Part shown: positions 1 to 9,365 of the stretch, piece by piece
Numbering within the stretch: the first letter of the stretch is position 1
Layout: the number at the start of each line of letters is the position of its first letter
IMG/VR virus record: IMGVR_UViG_3300024262_000015
Coordinates: 1-64,000 of that record
Strand: one strand, 5' to 3'
DNA length: 64,000 nucleotides
Source of the DNA: a virus
Position numbers and translations under genes: made by a program
Notes under the pieces: model-generated
Seen by the model: only the letters and a program-made list of their open reading frames with translations
Told to the model about the DNA's origin: nothing
Database searches by the model: none

Positions 1-1098
1 CTTTTGACCAACAGTAGGAGCGGCCGACCCTATCCAAGTAGAAACGTCAACAGGAAGAAGAGTTCCGGATCCATCTCCTTGGACTGTTAAAACTCCTCCA
101 ACTGGAGAGCCAGCCGTACCTGCACCGACAACCAAAGGCCTTCCGCTTGTGTCAGATAAAATTGAACGTGTTAATCCACCACCATCAACCGCTCCAATTT
201 GAACGGGTGCAGAAGTAGTAGCGTAACCATCTTCATCTGCTCCTACTACTTGTTGATTTCCATCGACATCAGTAAGGAATGTTCTTATTGAACCAGCTCC
301 ATCTACGCCGCCTACAAAAACGGGATTGTCAACAGGAGAAGATCCTACCGTGTTAAATCCAGCTACATTAAGGCAGCCATGTGAATCTACATTAACTGGA
401 CGAATAACAGGAGAGCCGCTTTGATCGGTACCACCCATTCTAACGGGAGCTTCTGTGGGGGCGGCACCTACAGCATCTGGGCCCCGAACATTCATAGCGC
501 TCTGGTCCGAAGAAACAACAACTGGTAAAGAGGCAGTCATTGTCTTTTGGCCAACAGTGGGAGCGGCAGAGCCAATCCATTGAGCTATATTGTTATCTAA
601 TAAGGTTCCTCCAGAAACCCCTTGGATGCTTAAAACTCCTCCATCTGGGGTTCCTGCTATTCCGGCTCCCACAGCAATTTGTCTACGGGAACTATCTACA
701 GCCGGATCAGTAACTTTCCATTTATTAACGAGAGAAACATAAACTCCAGTAAATGAAGGAGTGGTTCCGCCCATTGTCCACGAAACACGCACACTAGAAC
801 TAGCATCCATTCGTAGGATAACAGTTTCATTCCCAGCCGCAGATATTACTGTAGAGGACTGAATAGCTCCTATTAAAGTTTCGCCATCACCTAAATCTAT
901 TTGTTGAAGGTCAAATTGGATAGTAGGACTGCCGCCTGTAGGGGTGCCAACTATGTTAATGGCAAGAACTGCATTAGGTGATCCAATATTTTCATAATCT
1001 GTATATCCATCAACCGTAAGAGTGGCGTTGGACTGTACGGTCCTCACATCTGTATCCGGATTAGAATATGGATTACCTACAATGACAACTTCAGACAT
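1..1098 (-). CDS. Repetitive Gly/Val/Thr-rich structural protein (fiber/decoration-like), runs off the window edge
   Basis: Not on the ORF track. Manual translation from ATG at 1098 (AGGA upstream) is open to position 1: MSEVVIVGNPYSNPDTDV... It has two copies of GAGxAGxPxGGVLxxQG...WIGSAAPTVGQK and three PVxxG[GA]xD units. Confidence 0.75.
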   Translation of the reverse strand, partial: MSEVVIVGNPYSNPDTDVRTVQSNATLTVDGYTDYENIGSPNAVLAINIVGTPTGGSPTIQFDLQQIDLGDGETLIGAIQSSTVISAAGNETVILRMDASSSVRVSWTMGGTTPSFTGVYVSLVNKWKVTDPAVDSSRRQIAVGAGIAGTPDGGVLSIQGVSGGTLLDNNIAQWIGSAAPTVGQKTMTASLPVVVSSDQSAMNVRGPDAVGAAPTEAPVRMGGTDQSGSPVIRPVNVDSHGCLNVAGFNTVGSSPVDNPVFVGGVDGAGSIRTFLTDVDGNQQVVGADEDGYATTSAPVQIGAVDGGGLTRSILSDTSGRPLVVGAGTAGSPVGGVLTVQGDGSGTLLPVDVSTWIGSAAPTVGQK

Positions 1099-1224
1099 TA
1101 GTTCCTAGCTTAAACACAAAATATTAGAAGGTTAACGCCCCTAAACCAAACTATTATAATAATGGTAAAAAAGTCATCGAAAGAAAAAATAGCTATAGTC
1201 TTTTTAATGTGATAGAATAATAGG

Positions 1225-2067
1225 ATGAGTAAATGGCGCCCCTCACCAGATTCAGGACTATATGTCATCCCCGATATCCATGGGGAATGGGGTCTTTTAC
1301 AAAATGTTCTTAAAAGGATTCTTCCCCTAAGAAAGAATAAGCAAATAGAAGACAGGGTAGTTCTTCTAGGAAATTTTATAGGGCGAAGTAATAAATCATT
1401 AACTTTACTAAAAGAACTAATTAAAATAAAAGAAAAATATCCTGATAGATTTACATTTGTACTAGGAGAAAATGAATGGAGGTTTAGAGAAGTGTTACTT
1501 AATCCGTCAGCCAAAACCTATATAGAATGGATAGAAAAGGGAGGAGGGCTATCAATGCTTTCTTCTTATATTGAAGAAAATGAAATCTCTGTATCCCATC
1601 CAATGGAAATTGACCATTACCGGTTACAATCCTTAGTTCCAGAAGAGCACAAAAGATTTATTTTTTCTTTGGTTCCCTTTGCTGAAATAGATAATTATAT
1701 ATTCGTTCACAAAGGCTGCGACCCTCTTTCTCCCTTACAAGATCAAAACGTTTCCTCTTTAGTTTTGGATCAGGGTCTTTGGGAATTGGCCTATGAAACA
1801 ACCGAAACCTTTACTCAAAAAACAGTGGTCATGGGAGGACATAAGGTTGGCCCTTGGATTTCGCCTAGCGTTATTATGTTAGATGGTTCTTCTCAAAATA
1901 GATTGCCAGTTATGGAGCTTAATTCTTTTTCTGTTTATGAAGCCAGAAAAGGACAAAATAGAATGGTGAAATTAGATGCTAGAGTTCCTAAAGGTAGTGG
2001 TTACAAATTAATTAGCGGATTTAATAAACGATTTGGAAAGAATAAAGATAAGATTTTAGATATTTAA
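1225..2067 (+). CDS. Lambda-PP/PPP-like metallophosphoesterase with degenerate active site
   Basis: DIHG, LGNFIGRS (canonical GDxxDRG), LGENE (canonical GNHE), FVH and GGH motifs in the expected order. Confidence 0.8.
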   Translation: MSKWRPSPDSGLYVIPDIHGEWGLLQNVLKRILPLRKNKQIEDRVVLLGNFIGRSNKSLTLLKELIKIKEKYPDRFTFVLGENEWRFREVLLNPSAKTYIEWIEKGGGLSMLSSYIEENEISVSHPMEIDHYRLQSLVPEEHKRFIFSLVPFAEIDNYIFVHKGCDPLSPLQDQNVSSLVLDQGLWELAYETTETFTQKTVVMGGHKVGPWISPSVIMLDGSSQNRLPVMELNSFSVYEARKGQNRMVKLDARVPKGSGYKLISGFNKRFGKNKDKILDI

Positions 2068-2465
2068 TCTAGTTTAGAAAACTGTTCTGCTATTTGATTA
2101 GATAGAGGAACAAAATTATCTGCCAATTCTTCATAAAGAACCCATTCTTTATTTAGTAATATAAAGCATTTTTTGTAACAACTTTGTCCGATCATTGAAT
2201 AAACTGTTTTATGTTGTTGAGCCGCTTCAGGAAAAACAGATGAAAGAAAAAAAATCCAGTCACCCAATTTTTGATACCCTGCAAAATTCATTTGTGCTTG
2301 GGCTTGGATAAACCGCAAAGTTACGCTATCCTTAGAGTAGTCGTCTTGAGCATGGATATATTGAGATAAAACACCTTCAATATATGGTCCTAGCTCTCTA
2401 GTTTCAGTTTTAATTTGAGACGTTAATTGGCGGAATAGGTCCTTAAGTTTAGTCGAGCACAACAC
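2064..2465 (-). CDS. Hypothetical helical protein
   Basis: 133-aa ORF filling the gap between + genes; QKLGDWIFFLSSVFPE and LYEELADNF segments resemble an uncharacterised bacterial family. Confidence 0.65.
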   Translation of the reverse strand: MLCSTKLKDLFRQLTSQIKTETRELGPYIEGVLSQYIHAQDDYSKDSVTLRFIQAQAQMNFAGYQKLGDWIFFLSSVFPEAAQQHKTVYSMIGQSCYKKCFILLNKEWVLYEELADNFVPLSNQIAEQFSKLD

Positions 2466-2488
2466 AGATTAATACGGTTCTAGCGGTA

Positions 2489-2704
2489 TTGATTCATTTT
2501 ACTATGAAGACCTTTGCAATCAATATCCTTAATGAGGTGGCCGAAGAATGTGAGAAAAAGCTAATTAAATCCAGTACACAAGACAGGGCTATTTTCTTAA
2601 ATAAGGTATCTCAAGAGTTAACAGAAATTGTAGAAGGACTATCAAAAAATGGGAGTAAGTTTAGTAATAGTAGAATCCCCGGCCAAAGCAAAGACAATAA
2701 ATAA
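2489..2704 (+). CDS. Hypothetical protein
   Basis: 71-aa ORF overlapping the topA start; ATG at 2504 may be the real start. Confidence 0.5.
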   Translation: MIHFTMKTFAINILNEVAEECEKKLIKSSTQDRAIFLNKVSQELTEIVEGLSKNGSKFSNSRIPGQSKDNK

Positions 2705-4796
2705 TTACTTAGGAAAAGATTTTGTTGTTCGTCCTACCTTTGGGCACCTAGTAGATTTAGAAAAATCTGGTCCTCTTAATATTGGGGTAAATATATTAAA
2801 AGGATTTAAGCCTAAGTACAAAGTTATTCCAGATAAAGAAGATAAGCTAAGAACGATTCTGTCTTGGGTAAAAAAAGTTGATGCCATCTATCTAGCTACA
2901 GATCCAGATAGAGAAGGAGAGGCAATAGCTTTTCATGTTTACGATAAGATTAAGAAACAAACTTCTGTACCAATTAAAAGATTAGAGTTTAAAGAAATAA
3001 CCAAATCTGGAATCCAAGAGGCTTTTAAAAATGTGAGAGATTTAGATGCTAATCTTTATGACGCACAGCAAGCTCGTAGAATAATTGATAGGCTTGTGGG
3101 TTTCATGACCTATCCTTTTCTTAAGAATGAGCTAGGGAAAAAGTTTTCAGCAGGAAGAGTTCAGTCCGTTGCTCTCAAGCTTGTTGTAGAAAGAGAACGA
3201 GAAATTGAAGACTTCGATTTAAAAACTTTTTATAGGATAGCAGTTGAGCTTAAAAAGAATAAAGACAAGATCATTGCAAAGATAGATAAGAAGCTTGATG
3301 AAGATGAAAGCAAATCTCTTGAAAAGGAACTCAAGACATCTACATTTAAAGTTAGTCAGATAAAAAAGAGTACAAAAAAAATCCCTCCATCTCCACCTTT
3401 AACAACTCCCAAACTTCAACAAATGAGTTCTGGCAGGTTTAAAATGAGCGTGGAAAAAACTATGAAAGTAGCCCAGACATTGTATGAAAGAGGGCTGATT
3501 ACTTATATGAGAACTGACTCTGTTAGTTCTTCTCCAGAAGCTATTACTAATGCTAGAGATTGGTTGGGTAAAAATAATTTCCTTTATCCAACTAAACCAA
3601 ATACTTATAAGAATAAAAACTCTTTAGCTCAAGAAGGCCATGAAGCTATCCGCCCAACTTTTATGGGTTGTACTTCAGAGTCTATGCAGGGCACTCCGGA
3701 TGAAAAAAAGATTTATGGTCTCATCTGGGAAAGCTTTATAACCAGCCAAATGAACCCGGCTATTTTTGATTTAGTCAATGCCCAAATTACAGCGTCTTCT
3801 GGAACCATACTAATGGCTTCAGGAAAGACCTTAAGAGATCCGGGATGGCTTAAGCTAGGAAAACAGGATGCAAAAGATAAATCCGTAACTCTTCCTCCTC
3901 TTTCTAAGAATGATATCTTAGATTTAGTCAAAGTAAATAGAGAACAAAAAACTACCCTGCCTCCTGCTAGATATAATGAGGGATCTTTAGTTAAGGTTCT
4001 AGAAGAAAAAGGAGTTGGAAGGCCGTCTACTTACGGAGCCATTATGACAAAGCTTAGTAAGTATTCAGATAAGAAGAGGAACGTTTTATCTCCCAAAGAA
4101 GATTCCTATAAATTAATTGATCTTTTAGAAGAGCACTTTTCTTTTATGGAAACTGCCTATACTAAAAAGATGGAGGAGCAGCTAGATAAAGTAGCTGCAG
4201 GAAAGCTAACTTACTTAAATATGATGTCCACATTTTTTGAAGGATTTAGAAAAGAATTAAGACACGCTTATTATACTAAGTATCCTTATGGAGGAAGAGA
4301 CTGTGAACATTGTGGTCTTCCAATGATTTTGCGTCATGGCAGTTATGGCTTTTATGTTTCATGTTCTGGCTTTCCAAGTTGTCAAAACATGGTCAGCGCA
4401 AAGCTAGAGGGCGAAAAAATAATTGAAGTAAATGAGCATGATATAATTGAAGGTATAGCCTGTCCCCTCTGTGAATCAGCTATGGTCCGCAAAGATGGAT
4501 TATGGGGTCCGTTTTATTGCTGTAAAAAATATCCGAGGTGTTATGGAAAAAGAAAAATGCCCTCTGGAATCAAATGCTCTAAATGTCGAGAACATGATTT
4601 ATACTTTACCTTATATGATGGAAACCCTAAGCTTCTATGTTTGGGCTTCCCTAAATGCTCTCACATAGAAGATTTGCCAGATGAGTTTAAGATTAATTGG
4701 GTAAATCCTGCCGTTTGGGGAGTAGCTGAAAAGAATAAGGTAGTAGAAAAATTTATGTTCAAACCTAAATTGGGCAAAGCTTCAAAAGTCAGCTAA
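2649..4796 (+). CDS. topA: Type IA DNA topoisomerase with C-terminal Zn ribbons
   Basis: IVESPAKAKTI, ATDPDREGE (TOPRIM), SAGRVQS, catalytic LITYMRTD, QEGHEAIRPT, GRPSTY, three C4 Zn ribbons. Confidence 0.97.
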   Translation: MGVSLVIVESPAKAKTINNYLGKDFVVRPTFGHLVDLEKSGPLNIGVNILKGFKPKYKVIPDKEDKLRTILSWVKKVDAIYLATDPDREGEAIAFHVYDKIKKQTSVPIKRLEFKEITKSGIQEAFKNVRDLDANLYDAQQARRIIDRLVGFMTYPFLKNELGKKFSAGRVQSVALKLVVEREREIEDFDLKTFYRIAVELKKNKDKIIAKIDKKLDEDESKSLEKELKTSTFKVSQIKKSTKKIPPSPPLTTPKLQQMSSGRFKMSVEKTMKVAQTLYERGLITYMRTDSVSSSPEAITNARDWLGKNNFLYPTKPNTYKNKNSLAQEGHEAIRPTFMGCTSESMQGTPDEKKIYGLIWESFITSQMNPAIFDLVNAQITASSGTILMASGKTLRDPGWLKLGKQDAKDKSVTLPPLSKNDILDLVKVNREQKTTLPPARYNEGSLVKVLEEKGVGRPSTYGAIMTKLSKYSDKKRNVLSPKEDSYKLIDLLEEHFSFMETAYTKKMEEQLDKVAAGKLTYLNMMSTFFEGFRKELRHAYYTKYPYGGRDCEHCGLPMILRHGSYGFYVSCSGFPSCQNMVSAKLEGEKIIEVNEHDIIEGIACPLCESAMVRKDGLWGPFYCCKKYPRCYGKRKMPSGIKCSKCREHDLYFTLYDGNPKLLCLGFPKCSHIEDLPDEFKINWVNPAVWGVAEKNKVVEKFMFKPKLGKASKVS

Positions 4797-4831
4797 GATG
4801 GGGATATATTAATCTCTATGGAGGCCCTATT

Positions 4832-5194
4832 TTGGTAAGTAGTATTATGAGTTACAAGGAAAAGCTTCGCGAATATGACCTAAAGCCTGCTGTAGTTAGG
4901 CCATTAGAAGTAGTTGTGGAAGGGAATAATTTTGAAGATGCTTTTAGAAAATTTAAAGCTATGTTTCAAAACGAAAAAGTAATCAGTGAAATTAAAAAAC
5001 GCGAGTTTTACGAAAAGCCCTCTGAGAAGAAACGGCGCAAAACCCGAGAGGCCATGGAGCGCAAATGGTTTTTAGAATTGCGTGATAAAATGATTAAGAA
5101 TGGCGAGTGGGAAAAGCGTATGAAAAAGAAAGACCAGCGCCGAAAAGAAAAGGTAGCTAAACGTCAGAACTCAAAGGATGATTATGGATTCTAA
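4832..5194 (+). CDS. rpsU: Ribosomal protein bS21 homolog with N- and C-terminal extensions
   Basis: VVVEGNNFEDAFRKFK...EIKKREFYEKPSEKKRRK bS21 signature; GGAGG upstream. Confidence 0.9.
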   Translation: MVSSIMSYKEKLREYDLKPAVVRPLEVVVEGNNFEDAFRKFKAMFQNEKVISEIKKREFYEKPSEKKRRKTREAMERKWFLELRDKMIKNGEWEKRMKKKDQRRKEKVAKRQNSKDDYGF

Positions 5195-5861
5195 AAATAG
5201 AGGCGTTATTCCCAGTTACTATCCCAGTGGTGGAATAGAGCCCGAATATCAGCGCCTTAATGTAACACCTGCCAGAAGCATTCCTTTTAAAGGCCCCGCG
5301 CAGCAAGAAGAGATAACGCGTCGAGGTGGTGGCATTAGGGTTAATCGCCAGCCCTCCCCTCAAAAGTTCGTCCAAGCCAATGAAGAATACCAACAGCCAT
5401 CTCAAAATCGGCCGGTTGAGCCAATTCATGAATTCCATTCTGTTGGAGGAGAGGATCAGCGTGCAATTCCTATGCAACGACCTCCAGAATGGGCAGCAGA
5501 AGAGCGGCCATCATTAAGTGATGATGATTTAAAACAAATGTTAAATGATGAACAACAACCAAGATACCGAGAGGCTCCACCACCCGCCCAACCTCTCCAC
5601 ATTGGTAATGAAAATGAGATGTGGAAAGACAAGAAGGTTGGGAACAGATTAGACCAATCATCGGGTGCTGAGCTTCTTCTTAATTTAGAGCCAGGAGAAC
5701 ATTGTTTATTGGTCAAATCATCACCATTTGAACGTTCTCAAAATCTACAGTGGCTTTTAGAAGAGGGCCAAAGATTGTTGCTTAGCGGCCAATGCCAACT
5801 AGATGATCTTTCTATTTATACCAAAGTAGCTTTGGATTTTGGTTTGGTAATTAAGACATGA
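5178..5861 (+). CDS. Hypothetical Pro/Gln-rich protein
   Basis: 227-aa ORF overlapping both neighbours. Confidence 0.7.
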   Translation: MIMDSKNRGVIPSYYPSGGIEPEYQRLNVTPARSIPFKGPAQQEEITRRGGGIRVNRQPSPQKFVQANEEYQQPSQNRPVEPIHEFHSVGGEDQRAIPMQRPPEWAAEERPSLSDDDLKQMLNDEQQPRYREAPPPAQPLHIGNENEMWKDKKVGNRLDQSSGAELLLNLEPGEHCLLVKSSPFERSQNLQWLLEEGQRLLLSGQCQLDDLSIYTKVALDFGLVIKT

Positions 5862-6148
5862 AAAGTTTAGGAAGCTTTTGCTTAAGTCAAATTATCCCTG
5901 CCAATGGAGTTGTGGCAGTCTTTGATATTTCTGAAGAAGAAGTAGAGACTCTGCCAGTTATTTGTTGGGGATTAATCATGAATCAAGACGGGTCAAAAAT
6001 CATGGGCATGGTTTTAGGGGAAGATAAAAAAAAGCTCATATCCGTTGAAGAAAGAGGAAAGTTTTTAAACTATGAACTTATGGAGTGGGGCTTAGACTTT
6101 GGTGAAGAGGGAGACGATATTGATGAAGAAGAGGGTTCTTTAAATTGA
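5858..6148 (+). CDS. Hypothetical protein with acidic tail
   Basis: ATGA-coupled 96-aa ORF. Confidence 0.7.
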   Translation: MKSLGSFCLSQIIPANGVVAVFDISEEEVETLPVICWGLIMNQDGSKIMGMVLGEDKKKLISVEERGKFLNYELMEWGLDFGEEGDDIDEEEGSLN

Positions 6149-6807
6149 AAACTCGTAGTTTAGAAGAAGTTGTTATTTCATTAGAAGGAAAAGTAAGTAA
6201 AACGCTTGCCCTATATTCTAATATGGATAATAATATTAAAGTTCTTTTAAACCAAATTAATCAAATTAATCAAACGCTTCAAGAGCCATTAACTGAAATG
6301 GAGGCTCAACAGTTTACTCAATCCCGCCCTCAAATGCCTGCCGAAAAGATCGCTCAACGTATAGAAGCTTTACCTCCAGAAGATTTTAAGAACCCTAATG
6401 CTATGGAAGGCTTTAAAGTTGGTTTTGAGCCCACTGACTTTGATGATGAGGGCAACCCCATTCTTCAGGAAGTAGCAGTACCCAAAGGCAATAGAAGGGG
6501 GGAAAGAAAGCTTGAAGGAGGGGCGCCACGAGTTGCCGTTTCTCAAAGAATAGTTTTCCCTAATGGCGACCCTCTTTTCTTAGGGGCGGTCTCTATAAAG
6601 GATTCTTCGGGAACAATATTAAGACAAACCCGTACCAATTCTCAAGGACGATGGGTAGCAGGATTAAGCCCCGGAGAATATTCAATTCAGATATCTAAAA
6701 GGGGTGGGGAAGACGGATCTCCAGAAGTAGAGCTAAAATATTCAATTAACGTTCCTGTCTCCAAAAAACCTGTAGAGTTTCCTTCTCCTCAATTGGAGGA
6801 GGGATGA
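6145..6807 (+). CDS. Protein with C-terminal carboxypeptidase-regulatory-like (Ig/prealbumin-like) domain
   Basis: N-terminal coiled coil; GAVSIKD...TRTNSQGRW..GLSPGEYSIQI pattern. Confidence 0.65.
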   Translation: MKTRSLEEVVISLEGKVSKTLALYSNMDNNIKVLLNQINQINQTLQEPLTEMEAQQFTQSRPQMPAEKIAQRIEALPPEDFKNPNAMEGFKVGFEPTDFDDEGNPILQEVAVPKGNRRGERKLEGGAPRVAVSQRIVFPNGDPLFLGAVSIKDSSGTILRQTRTNSQGRWVAGLSPGEYSIQISKRGGEDGSPEVELKYSINVPVSKKPVEFPSPQLEEG

Positions 6808-7166
6808 CACTTGTACTTGCATCTTATTTCGAGCCAGAAAATCATGGACCCGGAAGAAAGATAGGCGTTTCGATTAATAAGCCTGAAGAAGGATCGTGTG
6901 AATTTCGCTTCGACCCATTTGTTCCTAATGCAGATGTGTTTTGGGAATATCACAAAACAAAACAGACAGATCCTTTAGCTGGCAAAAAATTTTCTGATGC
7001 TTATAAAAAACAATTAGACGAATTTCTTGAGGTAGCTTCAAAAGAAGATCTGCCTTTTGAAGATGGCGATACTCTTTTGTCTTATGAACGTAAGGGACAT
7101 CTATCTTATAGAACCATTCTAGCCATCTATTTAGAAAAATTAGGCTATGAAGTAGAACAAAGATAG
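6804..7166 (+). CDS. DUF488-like protein (divergent)
   Basis: ASYF...RKIGVS...P...AYKKQL...LLSYE...SYRTILAIYL..LGYEV matches the DUF488-type layout, but with SYR for CHR. Confidence 0.5.
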   Translation: MTLVLASYFEPENHGPGRKIGVSINKPEEGSCEFRFDPFVPNADVFWEYHKTKQTDPLAGKKFSDAYKKQLDEFLEVASKEDLPFEDGDTLLSYERKGHLSYRTILAIYLEKLGYEVEQR

Positions 7167-7188
7167 CTATAAAACCTAATTTGTTTCT

Positions 7189-7560
7189 ATGGAAGATACA
7201 CGATTTGAAGACCCAAAATTTCTTAAATGGGCTTTTGCTGTTAAGAAACGAGATGGGTTTGTTTGCAAAATTTGTGGATTAAAAAACGTTGAATTAAACT
7301 CCCACCATTTAAATGCATGGGATACGTACGAGAGCCAACGTTATGATGTAAAAAATGGCATTTGCATTTGTGTTTATCACCACCAGCACTTTCATGATGC
7401 GTATGGGTATGGCGGAAATACAGAAGAACAGTTTGGTGAATATTATGATACCTGCAAGCTAATCCATAAGAGCGCGGCATTGCACTTTATATCAGATGAG
7501 CTAACCTCTGAGTTGGAGGTGCTCGATGGATATACCGAAGATTCAATTTCTGTGGCGTGA
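7189..7560 (+). CDS. HNH endonuclease
   Basis: KRDGFVCKICG...NSHH...NGICICVYHH. Confidence 0.85.
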   Translation: MEDTRFEDPKFLKWAFAVKKRDGFVCKICGLKNVELNSHHLNAWDTYESQRYDVKNGICICVYHHQHFHDAYGYGGNTEEQFGEYYDTCKLIHKSAALHFISDELTSELEVLDGYTEDSISVA

Positions 7561-7999
7561 AGATTTAGACTCCAGTTTTTTACCAACCAAAAGCGAACCA
7601 CAAGCTGCTGGATGGGATGTAAAAGCCGCAGAAGGAGTTTGGTTAAAAGAATATGATACTCAATTAATAGATATAGGAATCCGCTCTATCTTACCAGAAG
7701 GATGGTATTTAGAGCTACGACCCCGCTCTAGTACATTTTATAAGAAACATATTAATTGTTTATATGGAATCATTGACTCCTCTTATCGACAGTCTATTAA
7801 GCTTGCTTGCCAATACATTCCTCCATCAGCTTTTTCTCGCAGCACTTATGTGGAAAGAGGAGAACGTATTGCTCAGCTAATTCCAAGAAGAATAGAAAGC
7901 TTTGAGATTTCTGCAATAAGCAGTGAGGCATTTGATTCTTACTGTGAAAACGAAGAAAATGAGCGCAAAGGCGGCTTTGGCAGTTCGGGAGATCGGTGA
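7526..7999 (+). CDS. dut: Trimeric dUTPase
   Basis: All five motifs: AAGWD, RPRSS, GIIDSSY, RIAQL, RKGGFGSSG. Confidence 0.95.
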   Translation: MDIPKIQFLWREDLDSSFLPTKSEPQAAGWDVKAAEGVWLKEYDTQLIDIGIRSILPEGWYLELRPRSSTFYKKHINCLYGIIDSSYRQSIKLACQYIPPSAFSRSTYVERGERIAQLIPRRIESFEISAISSEAFDSYCENEENERKGGFGSSGDR

Positions 8000-8319
8000 T
8001 AAACTTGGGCATGGGCTGGGGAATGGATCTCTTAACTCGTAAGCAATTCTTTGATAACCGTCATGTTTTTGAGGATGAAGACATTGATCTCCTTAAAGAA
8101 CGTTGGCCAGAAATTTCTTTTAATAATATTCCTTTAGCTTGGGTTTTCCAGCTAGATGAGTTTCTTTGTAAAACCAAATATTCTTCATCCATAACTGAAA
8201 TAAGACAAGAGTTTGGGGAGGTTATTGTTCTTGGTGAACTCAATACTAAATTAAAAACGCGCATCCACGAATTAGAGGCCCAGACTTATTTAGTAGATTG
8301 GGATTTACATATGCAATAA
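7996..8319 (+). CDS. Hypothetical protein
   Basis: 107-aa ORF coupled to dut. Confidence 0.65.
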   Translation: MINLGMGWGMDLLTRKQFFDNRHVFEDEDIDLLKERWPEISFNNIPLAWVFQLDEFLCKTKYSSSITEIRQEFGEVIVLGELNTKLKTRIHELEAQTYLVDWDLHMQ

Positions 8320-8332
8320 TTAACATAAAGAT

Positions 8333-9337
8333 ATGGAAAGTTTGAACGCTCAATACCAGCGCCTTTTAAATAAAATTGCAAAATTAGAGAATCAAGAAGC
8401 TTTAATCAAAAGAGCTTTCATGAAAACGGCATCTCCTCCGGGCATTGATGAGGTAGCCTATCTTCAAAGAGTTATTCCTTTAGTAGCCAAGGAAATGAAG
8501 AAGATGGCAGAAACAGCCGAACTATCAGATTACGATAAGGAAGAGCTTTTAGAAATGATTTATTGGATGGAAGGTGTCGGCACGGTTGATGGCAAATGGG
8601 GAGCTAAACTAAATGAAACCATTTCCGGACTTATGGGTGCTTTTGATATTTTAGGACTTCCTACTAATGGTCTTGGGGAAATGCATTATGATTTCAAGCG
8701 TGATCCAAAAGATAAACAAATTAAATCTGCTAACGATTATTTGAATATGCTTAAGCCTTTTACTTCTAAAATGGGCAGCGGCTGGAAAAGAGGGCTTCCG
8801 AAAGCTACAAAGAAGCCAAAAGGAAAAGCTTTTGCGCCTGGTAAAGAGCATGACCACAAGCCCTCTGAAAGAGACTTGGCCGAATATCCTGATGAACAAC
8901 TATCAAGCCAAGCACCAGAAGGATGGATGGATGAACAACTATCAAGTCAAGAACCAGAAGAAAAAGGAAGCTCTCTTATAAAGGGGGGCTGGAGTGGTGG
9001 CCCGCTTCCTTGGACAGAATTAGTGGAAAAAATACTTGAAGACTTACGCGGGGCTAATCGGTTGTCCAAAGAAATAGCAGAAATAGGATATCGTACAAAA
9101 GCCAGCCATCCCTTTGGAGGCTATATGCGTCCTGATCCACTAGATACACCAGGAAGAACATCTGATGCCCGGCGATCTAATCCCACAGCCAGTCGAAAGA
9201 CAATTGAAAAAATATTTATGGATAGACTTGGGTTGACCAAAGAAGAAGCTAAATTTTATAGTGGTAATCTTAAATCTTATATGTCCGGGGGGAGGGAGTG
9301 GCCTCAAGCGGAAGATGATTACTTTCCGGATCGTTAA
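8333..9337 (+). CDS. Putative virion protein with K-x-A motifs and a degenerate PG-binding-like segment
   Basis: LIKRAFMKTAS near the N-terminus; VDGKWG segment; duplicated DEQLSSQxPE. Confidence 0.6.
   Translation: MESLNAQYQRLLNKIAKLENQEALIKRAFMKTASPPGIDEVAYLQRVIPLVAKEMKKMAETAELSDYDKEELLEMIYWMEGVGTVDGKWGAKLNETISGLMGAFDILGLPTNGLGEMHYDFKRDPKDKQIKSANDYLNMLKPFTSKMGSGWKRGLPKATKKPKGKAFAPGKEHDHKPSERDLAEYPDEQLSSQAPEGWMDEQLSSQEPEEKGSSLIKGGWSGGPLPWTELVEKILEDLRGANRLSKEIAEIGYRTKASHPFGGYMRPDPLDTPGRTSDARRSNPTASRKTIEKIFMDRLGLTKEEAKFYSGNLKSYMSGGREWPQAEDDYFPDR
8891..8960 (+). repeat. 39-nt-period direct repeat encoding DEQLSSQ[A/E]PE
   Basis: gatgaacaactatcaagccaagcaccagaag (8891) and gatgaacaactatcaagtcaagaaccagaag (8930). 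Confidence 0.9.
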
Positions 9338-9365
9338 GAAACTGATATAGACCTAAAGAGGTCTC

